From Alistipes sp. (lineage in GTDB: Bacteria > Bacteroidota > Bacteroidia > Bacteroidales > Rikenellaceae), in NCBI GenBank assembly GCA_045543935.1, contig JAZPYA010000039.1, positions 102,292 through 166,291 of the forward strand: a stretch of DNA of 64,000 bases. Direction: 5' to 3'. Below the pieces are notes generated by a model. That model saw only the letters and a list, made by a program, of their open reading frames with translations, did not search any database and was not told the origin of the DNA. The translations under genes were made by a program, and so were the position numbers. Positions 18,207 to 27,209 of this stretch are shown here, one piece after another (positions within the stretch are counted from its first letter, which is position 1; each line of letters opens with the position of its first letter).

Positions 18207-20441
18207 ATGAAAAAAACGCTACTTATCATTGGTACAGTGCTTATGGCGCTATCCGCCCAAGCAAAAGATTATGCAATTTCAACCCCTAACACAACTCTTA
18301 TCATCTCTGCCAAAGAGGGTGACACTCCCTACTTCAGATATTATGGCTCGCGTGCTGAGGTAGACGATGTGAAGGCTTCGGGTAGAGCACTTGTCAAGCA
18401 GGAGGCATACCCTGCGTACGGCACATATTGCCACAAACCGTTTGCCTCTCTTGTGAAGCAGTCCGATGGCGATAATGCTGTAAAACTCGTTGTTGAGCAG
18501 ATATCGGAAAGCACTAACGATAATTTTACCACCCTTTCGATTCTGTTGCGCGATATTGCGCACCCGACACTTGCTGTACGATTAAACTACTCGGCATACT
18601 CCGATTGCGATATCGTGAAGATAAATACCGAATATATCAACGAGGGCAAAAAACCTGTTATCTTACAAAAGTATATGTCGGCAGTACTGCCTATTCAATC
18701 CGACAATTGCGTGTTACTTCATCTTGAAGGTTCGGCACAGAATGAGTGTAACGAGATTGTCGAACCTCTCACAGATGGCGTTCGTGTAATATCGGCTCAA
18801 TCGGTGTCGCACATCTCGCAATATAGCAACGCATCGTTTATGCTCGGTCTTGATGGTCGTATTGACGAAACAAATTGCCCGGTAGTTGCAGGTACGCTTT
18901 TGTGGATGGGTAACTATCACTTTGAGTTCTATAATACTCTGTTGAATAAAGCAAGTACTCTCTTTATGGGAGGAATAAACCCAGCTGCAAGCGACTATAC
19001 TTTGGCGGGTAAAAAATCACTCGTAACACCTGAAATGGTATTTACATATACCACGAATGGTAAGGGTGAGGCTTCGCGCACACTTCATCGTTGGGCTCGC
19101 AAATACCAATTGCTTGACGGTACAAAGGAGCGTGAAATTCTGCTTAACTCATGGGAGGGTGTTAGATTCGATACCACCGAGGCTAATTTGAATCCGATGA
19201 TTACCGATTTTGCCGCCCTTGGAGGAGAGATGTTTGTTGTAGATGATGGTTGGTTTGGCGCAAAATATCCGCGTGATAACGACAAATCATCACTCGGAGA
19301 TTGGGATATTGCAACCTCAAAGTTGCCAAATGGTATTCGTCCTCTTATCGACCTTACTCATAGGAGTGGTATGAAGTTCGGTATTTGGATTGAGCCAGAG
19401 ATGGTTAATGTAAAGAGTGAACTCTACGAAAAGCACCCCGATTGGGTGGTGCGACACCCCGACTTCGAGCCAACCGCAGGTCGCGGAGGCGGACAGTTAT
19501 TGCTCGATTTAACCAACCCGAAAGTTCAGGACTTTGTCTTTGGCGTGGTTGATAAACTTTTGACCGAAAATCCCGATATAGAGTATATCAAGTGGGATAA
19601 CAATATGAGCATGCGCAATGCGCAATCTCTCTACTTGCCAAAAGGGTTGCAATCCAATTTGCAGGTCGATTATATACTCGGTCTTGAAAGTGTGTTGAAG
19701 CGAATTCGCGCCAAGTATCCTGATGTTATAATTCAGTTGTGTGCAGGTGGAGGCTCCCGATTGAATTATGGTTTTATGCCATATTTCCAGGAGATGTGGA
19801 CCAGCGATCAGACCGATGCTTATCATCGTATCCTAATCCAGTGGGGAGCAATGAACTTCTATCCTTCTAATATGTTGGCGGCACATGTGAGTTCTGCTCT
19901 CAATAAACATACTCAGCGACTTATCCCTATAAAATTCCGTTTTGATGTCGCTTCGATGTGCCGACTTGGAATGGAGATGGTGCCTTCACACTTAAACAGC
20001 GCAGAACGCGATTATGCGAAACGAGCAATTGCTGAGTATAAGAGCATTCGCCCGGTGGTACAACAAGGCGACCTTTACCGTTTGGTCTCGCCTTACGAGG
20101 GAGGTCGTAACTTCACATCTTTGATGTATGTTAATGAGGCAAAAGATAGAGCTGTACTATTCGCTTATCGTTTCCATTTCAGACGCGATATGTCAAATGT
20201 TAGACTTCGCCTACAAGGATTGAAAGAAGATGCGAAGTATCGTATTCGCGAGGTTACACCCGAATATGCAGATTTGCCGGCAGCGATTGACGGAAATATC
20301 ATAAGTGGTCGTATGCTTATGAATGAGGGTATTATATTGCCGGAACTTACAAGCAAACACAAGTTTAATCTTCAAGATAATGGTGTTCGAGCTATAAATG
20401 ATTACCGCAGTATTGTACTCGAACTTACCGAGGTTAAATAG
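18207..20441 (+). CDS. Alpha-galactosidase, glycoside hydrolase family 36
   Basis: Signal peptide MKKTLL; LLNSWEG, FVVDDGWFG, FGIWIEPEM, YIKWDNN, CAGGGSR, WTSDQTD. Confidence 0.93.
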   Translation: MKKTLLIIGTVLMALSAQAKDYAISTPNTTLIISAKEGDTPYFRYYGSRAEVDDVKASGRALVKQEAYPAYGTYCHKPFASLVKQSDGDNAVKLVVEQISESTNDNFTTLSILLRDIAHPTLAVRLNYSAYSDCDIVKINTEYINEGKKPVILQKYMSAVLPIQSDNCVLLHLEGSAQNECNEIVEPLTDGVRVISAQSVSHISQYSNASFMLGLDGRIDETNCPVVAGTLLWMGNYHFEFYNTLLNKASTLFMGGINPAASDYTLAGKKSLVTPEMVFTYTTNGKGEASRTLHRWARKYQLLDGTKEREILLNSWEGVRFDTTEANLNPMITDFAALGGEMFVVDDGWFGAKYPRDNDKSSLGDWDIATSKLPNGIRPLIDLTHRSGMKFGIWIEPEMVNVKSELYEKHPDWVVRHPDFEPTAGRGGGQLLLDLTNPKVQDFVFGVVDKLLTENPDIEYIKWDNNMSMRNAQSLYLPKGLQSNLQVDYILGLESVLKRIRAKYPDVIIQLCAGGGSRLNYGFMPYFQEMWTSDQTDAYHRILIQWGAMNFYPSNMLAAHVSSALNKHTQRLIPIKFRFDVASMCRLGMEMVPSHLNSAERDYAKRAIAEYKSIRPVVQQGDLYRLVSPYEGGRNFTSLMYVNEAKDRAVLFAYRFHFRRDMSNVRLRLQGLKEDAKYRIREVTPEYADLPAAIDGNIISGRMLMNEGIILPELTSKHKFNLQDNGVRAINDYRSIVLELTEVK

Positions 20442-20474
20442 TTAGAGGCGTTAGGGGCGTTAGAGGCGTTAGAG
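20441..20474. repeat. 9-mer array TTAGRGGCG
   Basis: gttagaggcg ttaggggcg ttagaggcg ttagag directly after the GH36 stop. Confidence 0.85.
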
Positions 20475-20496
20475 AAAAAACTACTCACTGAAAAAA

Positions 20497-21096
20497 ATGA
20501 TTACAAAGGCAGAGTTCAAATGCTCCTCGGAGCGCATATCGCAAGTGCCGAAAGACTCGTTGAAGGATATCGCCTTCATCGGTCGAAGCAATGTGGGCAA
20601 GTCATCGCTTATCAATATGTTGACGCGCCACAAGGGGCTTGCAAAGGTATCGGCGACACCCGGAAAGACCAAACTGATAAATCACTTTCTCATAAACAAA
20701 GAGTGGTATCTGGTCGATTTGCCGGGTTATGGTTACGCCCGCACCTCGAAGCGTGAGCGCGGTGCTTTTGCAAAAATCATTTTGGACTATGTCTTTAAGT
20801 GCGAGAAGATGCACTTTCTGTTCGTGCTTGTAGATTCGCGCTTGGAGCCACAAAAGATAGATTTGGAGTTTATAGAGATGTTGGGCGAGGGGGGTATTCC
20901 GTTTGCTCTCATCTTCACCAAGTGCGACAAACAGTCTGCTACACAGACACAACGCGCTGTTACAGCGTATAAAAAACGCTTATCGGAGCAGTGGGAGGAG
21001 TTGCCTCCGATGCTACTCTCTTCGAGCGAAAACGGACAAGGAAGAGAGGATATATTAACTTTTGTTAATAAAATTTTGGCAGAAAGCAGTGAATAA
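20497..21096 (+). CDS. engB: Ribosome-biogenesis GTPase YihA/YsxC
   Basis: GRSNVGKSSLIN, PGKT, VDLPGYG, TKCDK. Confidence 0.96.
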   Translation: MITKAEFKCSSERISQVPKDSLKDIAFIGRSNVGKSSLINMLTRHKGLAKVSATPGKTKLINHFLINKEWYLVDLPGYGYARTSKRERGAFAKIILDYVFKCEKMHFLFVLVDSRLEPQKIDLEFIEMLGEGGIPFALIFTKCDKQSATQTQRAVTAYKKRLSEQWEELPPMLLSSSENGQGREDILTFVNKILAESSE

Positions 21097-21128
21097 GCGC
21101 AAAAAACACTATTTTTGCGCTACCAATC

Positions 21129-21199
21129 AATTGATAATTGACAATTGATAATTGATAATTAAGGTAACTCTTAATTTTTAATTCTTAATTTTTAATTTT
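21129..21199. repeat. Two opposed heptamer arrays (AATTGAY, then YTTAATT)
   Basis: aattgat aattgac aattgat aattgat aattaag ... cttaatt tttaatt cttaatt tttaatt. Confidence 0.85.
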
Positions 21200-21241
21200 C
21201 GGTTGATAGCTAAATTGACACTTACTTAAATAAAAAATAGT

Positions 21242-22183
21242 ATGGCTATCCACAAAATCAAATTCTTCACAGGTCGCGCATCGCGTTACTTGGCGGAAAA
21301 AATCGTTGCTGCATACGGCACTACTCTCGGCGAGTGTGAGGTTATAGAGTTCAGTGACGGCGAGTTCCAACCGCACTTTATCGAGTCGATTCGTGGTTGT
21401 ACGGTATTCATTATTCAATCAACATTCCCTAAATCGGATAATCTGATGGAGCTGTTGATGATGATTGATGCTGCAAAGCGTGCTTCGGCTTACAAGGTTG
21501 TAGCGGTAATTCCTTACTTTGGCTGGGCTCGTCAGGACCGCAAAGACCGTCCGCGCGTACCTATCACCTCCGCACTTGTGGCAAATATGCTCACAGTGGC
21601 TGGTGCAGACCGCGTGATGACGCTCGACTTGCACGCAGACCAGATTCAGGGCTTCTTCGATGTTCCCGTTGATGCTCTCTACGCAAGTGGTATATTTGTC
21701 CCTTACATCAAGAGCCTTGGTATCGAAAACCTCTCAATCGCTTCGCCTGATATGGGCGGTGCTAAACGCGCCAGCACATACGCGAAGTTGCTCGAAACTC
21801 CTATCATCATCTCGCACAAAGAGCGCGCAAAGGCTAATGTAGTTGGCTCGATGACCGCTATTGGCGATGTTGAAGGTCGCAACATCCTTATCGTTGATGA
21901 TATGATTGACACAGCAGGTACTATCTGTATGGCTGCAAATATGTTGATGGAGCGTGGCGCAAAGAGTGTGCGTGCAGCAATTACCCACCCTCTATTGTCG
22001 GGTTCAGCCTACGAGCGCATCAACGAGAGCGCATTGCAGGAGGTTATTGTAACTGATACCATTCCTCTCAACCCTGAGAAGGATTTACACAAATTTACCG
22101 TACTCTCGTGTGCCGACATTATCGCCGAGTGCATCGAGCGCGTACACAACTATCAGTCGATTTCATCTTTGTTTTACAAATAA
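21242..22183 (+). CDS. prs: Ribose-phosphate pyrophosphokinase
   Basis: FSDGE, PYFGWARQDRK, DLHADQIQGFF, SPDMGG, IVDDMIDTAGT. Confidence 0.97.
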   Translation: MAIHKIKFFTGRASRYLAEKIVAAYGTTLGECEVIEFSDGEFQPHFIESIRGCTVFIIQSTFPKSDNLMELLMMIDAAKRASAYKVVAVIPYFGWARQDRKDRPRVPITSALVANMLTVAGADRVMTLDLHADQIQGFFDVPVDALYASGIFVPYIKSLGIENLSIASPDMGGAKRASTYAKLLETPIIISHKERAKANVVGSMTAIGDVEGRNILIVDDMIDTAGTICMAANMLMERGAKSVRAAITHPLLSGSAYERINESALQEVIVTDTIPLNPEKDLHKFTVLSCADIIAECIERVHNYQSISSLFYK

Positions 22184-22230
22184 CAGAGAAAACATATCTA
22201 CAAAACAGATAAATTAAACTTTTAAGAATT

Positions 22231-22923
22231 ATGATTTATTCACACGAAGTGCAGCAGATGTGCTGCGTTAAGAAGGGTGCAAATCACGAGTCAGCTCCAA
22301 TTCCGGAGGAGGGCAAGTGGGTGCGCGCTAAGGAGATTAAGGATATCTCCGGTCTTACTCACGGTATTGGTTGGTGCGCTCCACAGCAGGGTGCGTGCAA
22401 ACTTACTCTCAATGTTAAGGAGGGTATCATTCAGGAGGCTTTGGTCGAGACTATCGGTTGCTCGGGTATGACTCACTCGGCAGCGATGGCTTCGGAGATT
22501 CTCCCCGGCAAGACTATCTTGGAGGCTCTCAACACCGACCTCGTTTGCGATGCTATCAACACCGCTATGCGCGAGTTGTTCAAGCAGATCGTTTATGGTC
22601 GTACACAGTCGGCTTTCTCGGAGGGTGGTCTCGTTATCGGTGCTTCGCTCGAAGACCTCGGTAAGGGCTTGCGTTCGCAGGTAGGTACAATGTTCGGTAC
22701 TTTGGCTAAGGGTACTCGTTACCTCGAGATGGCTGAGGGTTATTGTACTCGCATGGGACTTGACGCTAACGACGAGGTTATCGGCTACGAGTTTGTACAC
22801 CTCGGCAAGTTTATGGACTTCGTAAAGAAGGGCGTAGAGCCTGTTGAGGCATTGGAGAAGGCAAAGGGCTCTTACGGTCGTTTCAAGGACGCAGTGAAGT
22901 ATATTGACCCACGTCACGAGTAG
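22231..22923 (+). CDS. NifU/IscU-N-like protein partnered with GGGtGRT
   Basis: Cys motifs GWCAPQQGAC, TIGCSGMTHS, LVCDAIN. Confidence 0.8.
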   Translation: MIYSHEVQQMCCVKKGANHESAPIPEEGKWVRAKEIKDISGLTHGIGWCAPQQGACKLTLNVKEGIIQEALVETIGCSGMTHSAAMASEILPGKTILEALNTDLVCDAINTAMRELFKQIVYGRTQSAFSEGGLVIGASLEDLGKGLRSQVGTMFGTLAKGTRYLEMAEGYCTRMGLDANDEVIGYEFVHLGKFMDFVKKGVEPVEALEKAKGSYGRFKDAVKYIDPRHE

Positions 22924-22962
22924 TAAACCATATTGTTAAACCTTAAAAAATAAGAGAAGATT

Positions 22963-23961
22963 ATGGCATTATTTGAGAGCTATGAGCGCAGAATTGATAA
23001 GATTAACGCTGTGCTTGCACAATATGGTATTAAGAGCATCGAGGAGGCAAAGGCGATTTGCGATGAGAAGGGATTGGATCCATACAAGATGTGTGAGGAG
23101 ACACAGCCAATCTGCTTCGAGAACGCAAAGTGGGCTTATGTAGTAGGTGCTGCTATCGCAATTAAGAAGGGTTGCACCGCTGCTGCTGATGCAGCCGAGG
23201 CTATCGGTGAGGGTTTGCAGGCATTCTGTATTAACGGCTCGGTAGCAGAGGACCGTAAGGTAGGTATCGGACACGGCAACTTGGCAGCACGTCTGCTCCG
23301 TGAGGAGACACAGTGCTTCGCATTCTTGGCAGGTCACGAGTCGTTCGCTGCTGCTGAGGGTGCAATCAAGATTGCAGAGATGGCAAACAAAGTTCGTAAG
23401 AACCCACTCCGCGTTATCTTGAATGGTTTGGGTAAGGACGCTGCGAAGATTATTTCGCGTATCAACGGCTTTACCTATGTTCAGACACAGTTCGACTACT
23501 ACACAGGCGAGGTACACGAGGTTTCGGCAACTCCATACTCGGACGGTCTTCGTGCAAAGGTGCGTTGCTATGGTGTAGATGACGTTCGCGAGGGCGTAGC
23601 AGTGATGTGGCGTGAGGATGTTGATGTATCGATTACCGGTAACTCTACAAACCCAACCCGTTTCCAGCACCCTGTTGCAGGAACATACAAGAAGGAGCGT
23701 GTATTGGCAGGTAAGAAGTACTTCTCGGTAGCATCGGGAGGTGGTACAGGTCGTACCTTGCACCCAGATAACATGGGCGCAGGTCCTGCATCGTACGGTA
23801 TGACCGATACCCTTGGTCGTATGCACTCTGACGCACAGTTCGCAGGTTCGTCTTCGGTACCTGCTCATGTTGAGATGATGGGCTTCCTCGGTATGGGTAA
23901 CAACCCAATGGTAGGTGCTACCGTGGCAGTAGCTGTTGCTGTCGAGCAGGCGATGAAATAA
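22963..23961 (+). CDS. GGGtGRT family protein (uncharacterised)
   Basis: SVASGGGTGRTLHPDN signature; AGHESFAAAEGA. Confidence 0.92.
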   Translation: MALFESYERRIDKINAVLAQYGIKSIEEAKAICDEKGLDPYKMCEETQPICFENAKWAYVVGAAIAIKKGCTAAADAAEAIGEGLQAFCINGSVAEDRKVGIGHGNLAARLLREETQCFAFLAGHESFAAAEGAIKIAEMANKVRKNPLRVILNGLGKDAAKIISRINGFTYVQTQFDYYTGEVHEVSATPYSDGLRAKVRCYGVDDVREGVAVMWREDVDVSITGNSTNPTRFQHPVAGTYKKERVLAGKKYFSVASGGGTGRTLHPDNMGAGPASYGMTDTLGRMHSDAQFAGSSSVPAHVEMMGFLGMGNNPMVGATVAVAVAVEQAMK

Positions 23962-24083
23962 AAACGATTTTAAGCAGCGTTTGCTGCGTTACGCTCAATC
24001 CCCGAGACAGGGAAATACGCCAAGTATTCCCCAGCCTCGGGGATTTTCGCAAGCCTTGCAACCATCTACTTAAAATCGTTTTT
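23961..24083. repeat. Dispersed structured palindromic element, copy A
   Basis: Outer IR AAAACGATTTTAAG/CTTAAAATCGTTTT; inner ATCCCCGAG/CTCGGGGAT; shares CTGCGTTACGCT, ATACG..AGTAT and GCAAGCCTTG with copy B. Confidence 0.7.
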
Positions 24084-24251
24084 TAGCCTTTTGAGGAAGC
24101 TTTGTCTTACATCTGCTCGCCTAAAACGATTTTTGAGTATATTCACTATATTATTTCGACTTTTTTGCAGTTGTTTTGGTACTATATGCGATGAATTGCA
24201 AAAAATAGTGTACCTTTGCACGCAGAAAATAAAGAATAATAAGATATTACT

Positions 24252-25346
24252 ATGAAAAATTTTAACAGCGACTCTTCATCGGCGCTCTCGCGCTTTGCGA
24301 AAGACAAGCGTCTGCGTACAACAAAGACTAAAGACGAGAGACGAGAGACGAGAGAGGGTTTCAAGAGCGAGCGACCAAAGCGAGCATCATTTAACCCCAA
24401 TTTTACAGATGACAATCGCCCAAAGCGAGGAGTCGAGAACAGAAAACGGAAAACGGAAAACGGAAAACCGTTTAGACAAGAGCCTTCTTTCAAGACGAGA
24501 GACGAGAGACGAGAGACAAGAGAGGGTTTCAAAGGTGGTCGCAAGCCATTTGGCAAGAGCGAGGGTTACAAAGGCAAGGGCAAGCCAACTGCCGAGCGTA
24601 GTTATCCAAAATACAACCCTAACAAAGTTACGGGTGAAATCCGCTTAAACCGCTTTGTAGCGCAGTCAGGACTCTGTTCGCGCCGTGAGGCAGATGACTT
24701 TATCGCAGCAGGTTTGGTTAGCGTAAATGGCGCTATCGTAACCGAACTCGGCACAAAGGTTAAGCCTACCGATGTTGTAAAGTTTAACGATGAGCGTTTG
24801 CAGGGCGAGAAGAATGTATATCTCGTGCTGAACAAGCCGAAAGGCTATGTCACAACCCTCGAAGATGACCACGCCGAAAAGACCGTTATGGAGTTGGTAC
24901 AGAATGCTTGCAAGGAGCGTATCTATCCTGTTGGTCGTCTCGACAAGAACTCGTTGGGATTGTTGCTCTTTACCAACGATGGCGATATTACCCGCCAGCT
25001 GACTCACCCATCGTTGCGCAAGAAGAAGATTTACGAGGTTACACTCGACAAGGCGCTCACTCGTGCTGACTTCGAGCAACTTGCCGAGGGTATCACTCTC
25101 GAAGATGGCGATATCTACTTCGATGAAATCTCCTATATCAAAGACGATAAGAAGTCGGTGGGCGTAGAGATTCACTCAGGTCGCAACCGCATCGTGCGCC
25201 GTATGTTTGAGCATCTCGGCTACAAGGTTACAAAACTCGACCGTGTCTATTATGCAGGCTTGACAAAGAAGAACTTGAAGCGTGGTGCTTGGCGATTCCT
25301 CACCTCTGACGAGGTTGCACGCCTCAAAGCAGGACGCTACGAATAG
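24252..25346 (+). CDS. rluB: 23S rRNA pseudouridine synthase (RluB/RsuA family) with low-complexity N-terminal extension
   Basis: S4 domain RLNRFVAQSGLCSRREAD; YPVGRLD; GRNRIVRR. Confidence 0.9.
   Translation: MKNFNSDSSSALSRFAKDKRLRTTKTKDERRETREGFKSERPKRASFNPNFTDDNRPKRGVENRKRKTENGKPFRQEPSFKTRDERRETREGFKGGRKPFGKSEGYKGKGKPTAERSYPKYNPNKVTGEIRLNRFVAQSGLCSRREADDFIAAGLVSVNGAIVTELGTKVKPTDVVKFNDERLQGEKNVYLVLNKPKGYVTTLEDDHAEKTVMELVQNACKERIYPVGRLDKNSLGLLLFTNDGDITRQLTHPSLRKKKIYEVTLDKALTRADFEQLAEGITLEDGDIYFDEISYIKDDKKSVGVEIHSGRNRIVRRMFEHLGYKVTKLDRVYYAGLTKKNLKRGAWRFLTSDEVARLKAGRYE
24328..24522. repeat. Three in-frame heptamer arrays (GACGAGA twice, AACGGAA once) inside the rluB 5' region
   Basis: Encode DERRETRE twice and ENRKRKTENGK. 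Confidence 0.88.
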
Positions 25347-25375
25347 AGTTGAGAGTGGAGAGTTGAGAGTGGAGA
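25347..25375. repeat. Heptamer array AGTTGAG/AGTGGAG
   Basis: Four units starting at the base after the rluB stop codon. Confidence 0.85.
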
Positions 25376-25404
25376 GATTTCGATTTCTCCGCTCTTTTGT
25401 TTGA

Positions 25405-26466
25405 TTATAGCTCCTTGTGGTATGCCTCGCGGAAGGCTCCGCTGGTAAGGGTTATACGACCGCAATGCGTATAGCCCATCTTTTTAAGGAGTGAACGCAT
25501 CGCCAAATTATCGCGATGGGTATCTATGCGAATATCTCGAACACCTCGCTCGACACACAACTCCTCTGTATAGTGCAAAATCTCGCGTGCTATACCCTTT
25601 CGGCGACAGGCGTCAGCCACGGCAATTCGATGGACAACGGCATAAGGATTTTCGTTCAGCCACCCCTTACCTTTTATCTCGGAGTAGGTTGGCTCGCCGT
25701 CAAAAGAGGCAACAAATGTAGCAGATATGACTCCATTCAACTCAACAATATAATTGTTGCTATATGATATATCACTTAATATAATATCCTGCGTAGGATA
25801 GCCATCTTGCCATTGGTCTATACCCTGCCCCCGAAACCACCTTTGAGCATCAGCAACAAGCTCCATAATACGCTCCAAATCATCTGCACCGCCCTTGCGA
25901 AATCTGAGATTTTTGCGAATGCCTTTCAGTTGGCGATTTAATTCCTTCTCGCGCCCACCTGTAACGCGATTAAGCAGAGCGTGGAACTCTGCCGAATGGT
26001 TGTGATGGAGTGTATGGCACAACTCGTGCAGCACCACAAACTCCTGCAAGTGTGTCGGCAAAGTCATCAAAAAGAGCGATAACGACAGATTATTTTGCGA
26101 GGTGCAACAGCCCCATTTCGAGCGCGTTGCACGAATAGTTACACGACCATATGAAAAACCATATTGTCGAGCCAATCTTTCGACCATTGCGGGTAAAGTT
26201 CTCTTTGCCTCACGGCGTAACTCCTCAATTTGTGCAGGCGAATAATCCAAGCCCTGCATTGCTCGTTCTGCAACCTTTTCCCGCATCTGCAACACCCACT
26301 CCACCTTCTCCTCCAAAAAGCGCAACGCCTTTGCGGTCGAAACAAGGCGCGGATAGGACAATCGCACCTCGCCCGTAGGTTTTACCGAGAGCGAAATGCG
26401 ACTTGTACTCCAGCGCTGTCGCAATACGACATCGCCAAGACGAGTATGTTTATAGATTCTATCCAA
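25405..26466 (-). CDS. YgjP/DUF45 zinc-dependent hydrolase fused to a GNAT acetyltransferase
   Basis: SKWGCC, VVLHELCH, HNHS.EF; then QW.DGYP, HRIAV....RRKGIA, IDTH.DN..M. Confidence 0.8.
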   Translation of the reverse strand: MDRIYKHTRLGDVVLRQRWSTSRISLSVKPTGEVRLSYPRLVSTAKALRFLEEKVEWVLQMREKVAERAMQGLDYSPAQIEELRREAKRTLPAMVERLARQYGFSYGRVTIRATRSKWGCCTSQNNLSLSLFLMTLPTHLQEFVVLHELCHTLHHNHSAEFHALLNRVTGGREKELNRQLKGIRKNLRFRKGGADDLERIMELVADAQRWFRGQGIDQWQDGYPTQDIILSDISYSNNYIVELNGVISATFVASFDGEPTYSEIKGKGWLNENPYAVVHRIAVADACRRKGIAREILHYTEELCVERGVRDIRIDTHRDNLAMRSLLKKMGYTHCGRITLTSGAFREAYHKEL

Positions 26467-26467
26467 C

Positions 26468-27208
26468 TTATTCTACCAATCCACCAATGCGTTGGCGTAC
26501 AACTTCAAACAACATAATTGCCGCTGCTGCCGAGACATTCAACGACTCGATTGCGCCAATCATTGGGATAGCTAACTGCTCATCGCACAACTTCAAAACC
26601 TCCTTCGAGATACCGTTCTCCTCCGAACCCATAACGATAACAGTAGGCTTGGTCAAGTCGGCATCGTACATCAACTTTCGGCTATGCTCCGTAGCGGCAA
26701 CAATCTGGAAGCCCTCCGCCTGCAACGACTTCAAGGTGTTGCGGATAGAGCCGACACGCGCCACCGGAATACGGGTTAAAGCGCCTGCCGAAGAGCGAAT
26801 AGAGTCGGCATTTACAGGAGCCGAATTTTTCAGCGAGGAGATAATGCCGTGCGCTCCGGCGCACTCTGCCGAACGGGCGATACCGCCAAAGTTACGCACA
26901 TCTGTAACATTGTCAAACACCACGATAAGTGGAGTTTCGTCATCGGGAACACGCTCCAAGATATCGGCAACCTCGACATAATCAATCGCTGCAATGATAG
27001 CCACAACGCCCTGATGGTTTCCGCGAGTCATTCGGTTGAGTTTCTCGACAGGAACCTCCTGATAGTGACGGCGATGGCGATAGCAGAGGTCTTTGAGGTC
27101 GGTCATCAACTGCCCCTCTGCACCTTTGCGGATATAGATTTTCTCAATCTGCTTGCCCGACTCGATAGCCTCGGCTACGGGGCGAATACCAAAAACGATG
27201 TTCTCCAT
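26468..27208 (-). CDS. rlmB: 23S rRNA (Gm2251) 2'-O-methyltransferase
   Basis: NHQGVVA, VTDVRNFGGIARSAE, GSEENG, IESLNVSAA. Confidence 0.93.
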   Translation of the reverse strand: MENIVFGIRPVAEAIESGKQIEKIYIRKGAEGQLMTDLKDLCYRHRRHYQEVPVEKLNRMTRGNHQGVVAIIAAIDYVEVADILERVPDDETPLIVVFDNVTDVRNFGGIARSAECAGAHGIISSLKNSAPVNADSIRSSAGALTRIPVARVGSIRNTLKSLQAEGFQIVAATEHSRKLMYDADLTKPTVIVMGSEENGISKEVLKLCDEQLAIPMIGAIESLNVSAAAAIMLFEVVRQRIGGLVE

Positions 27209-27209
27209 A

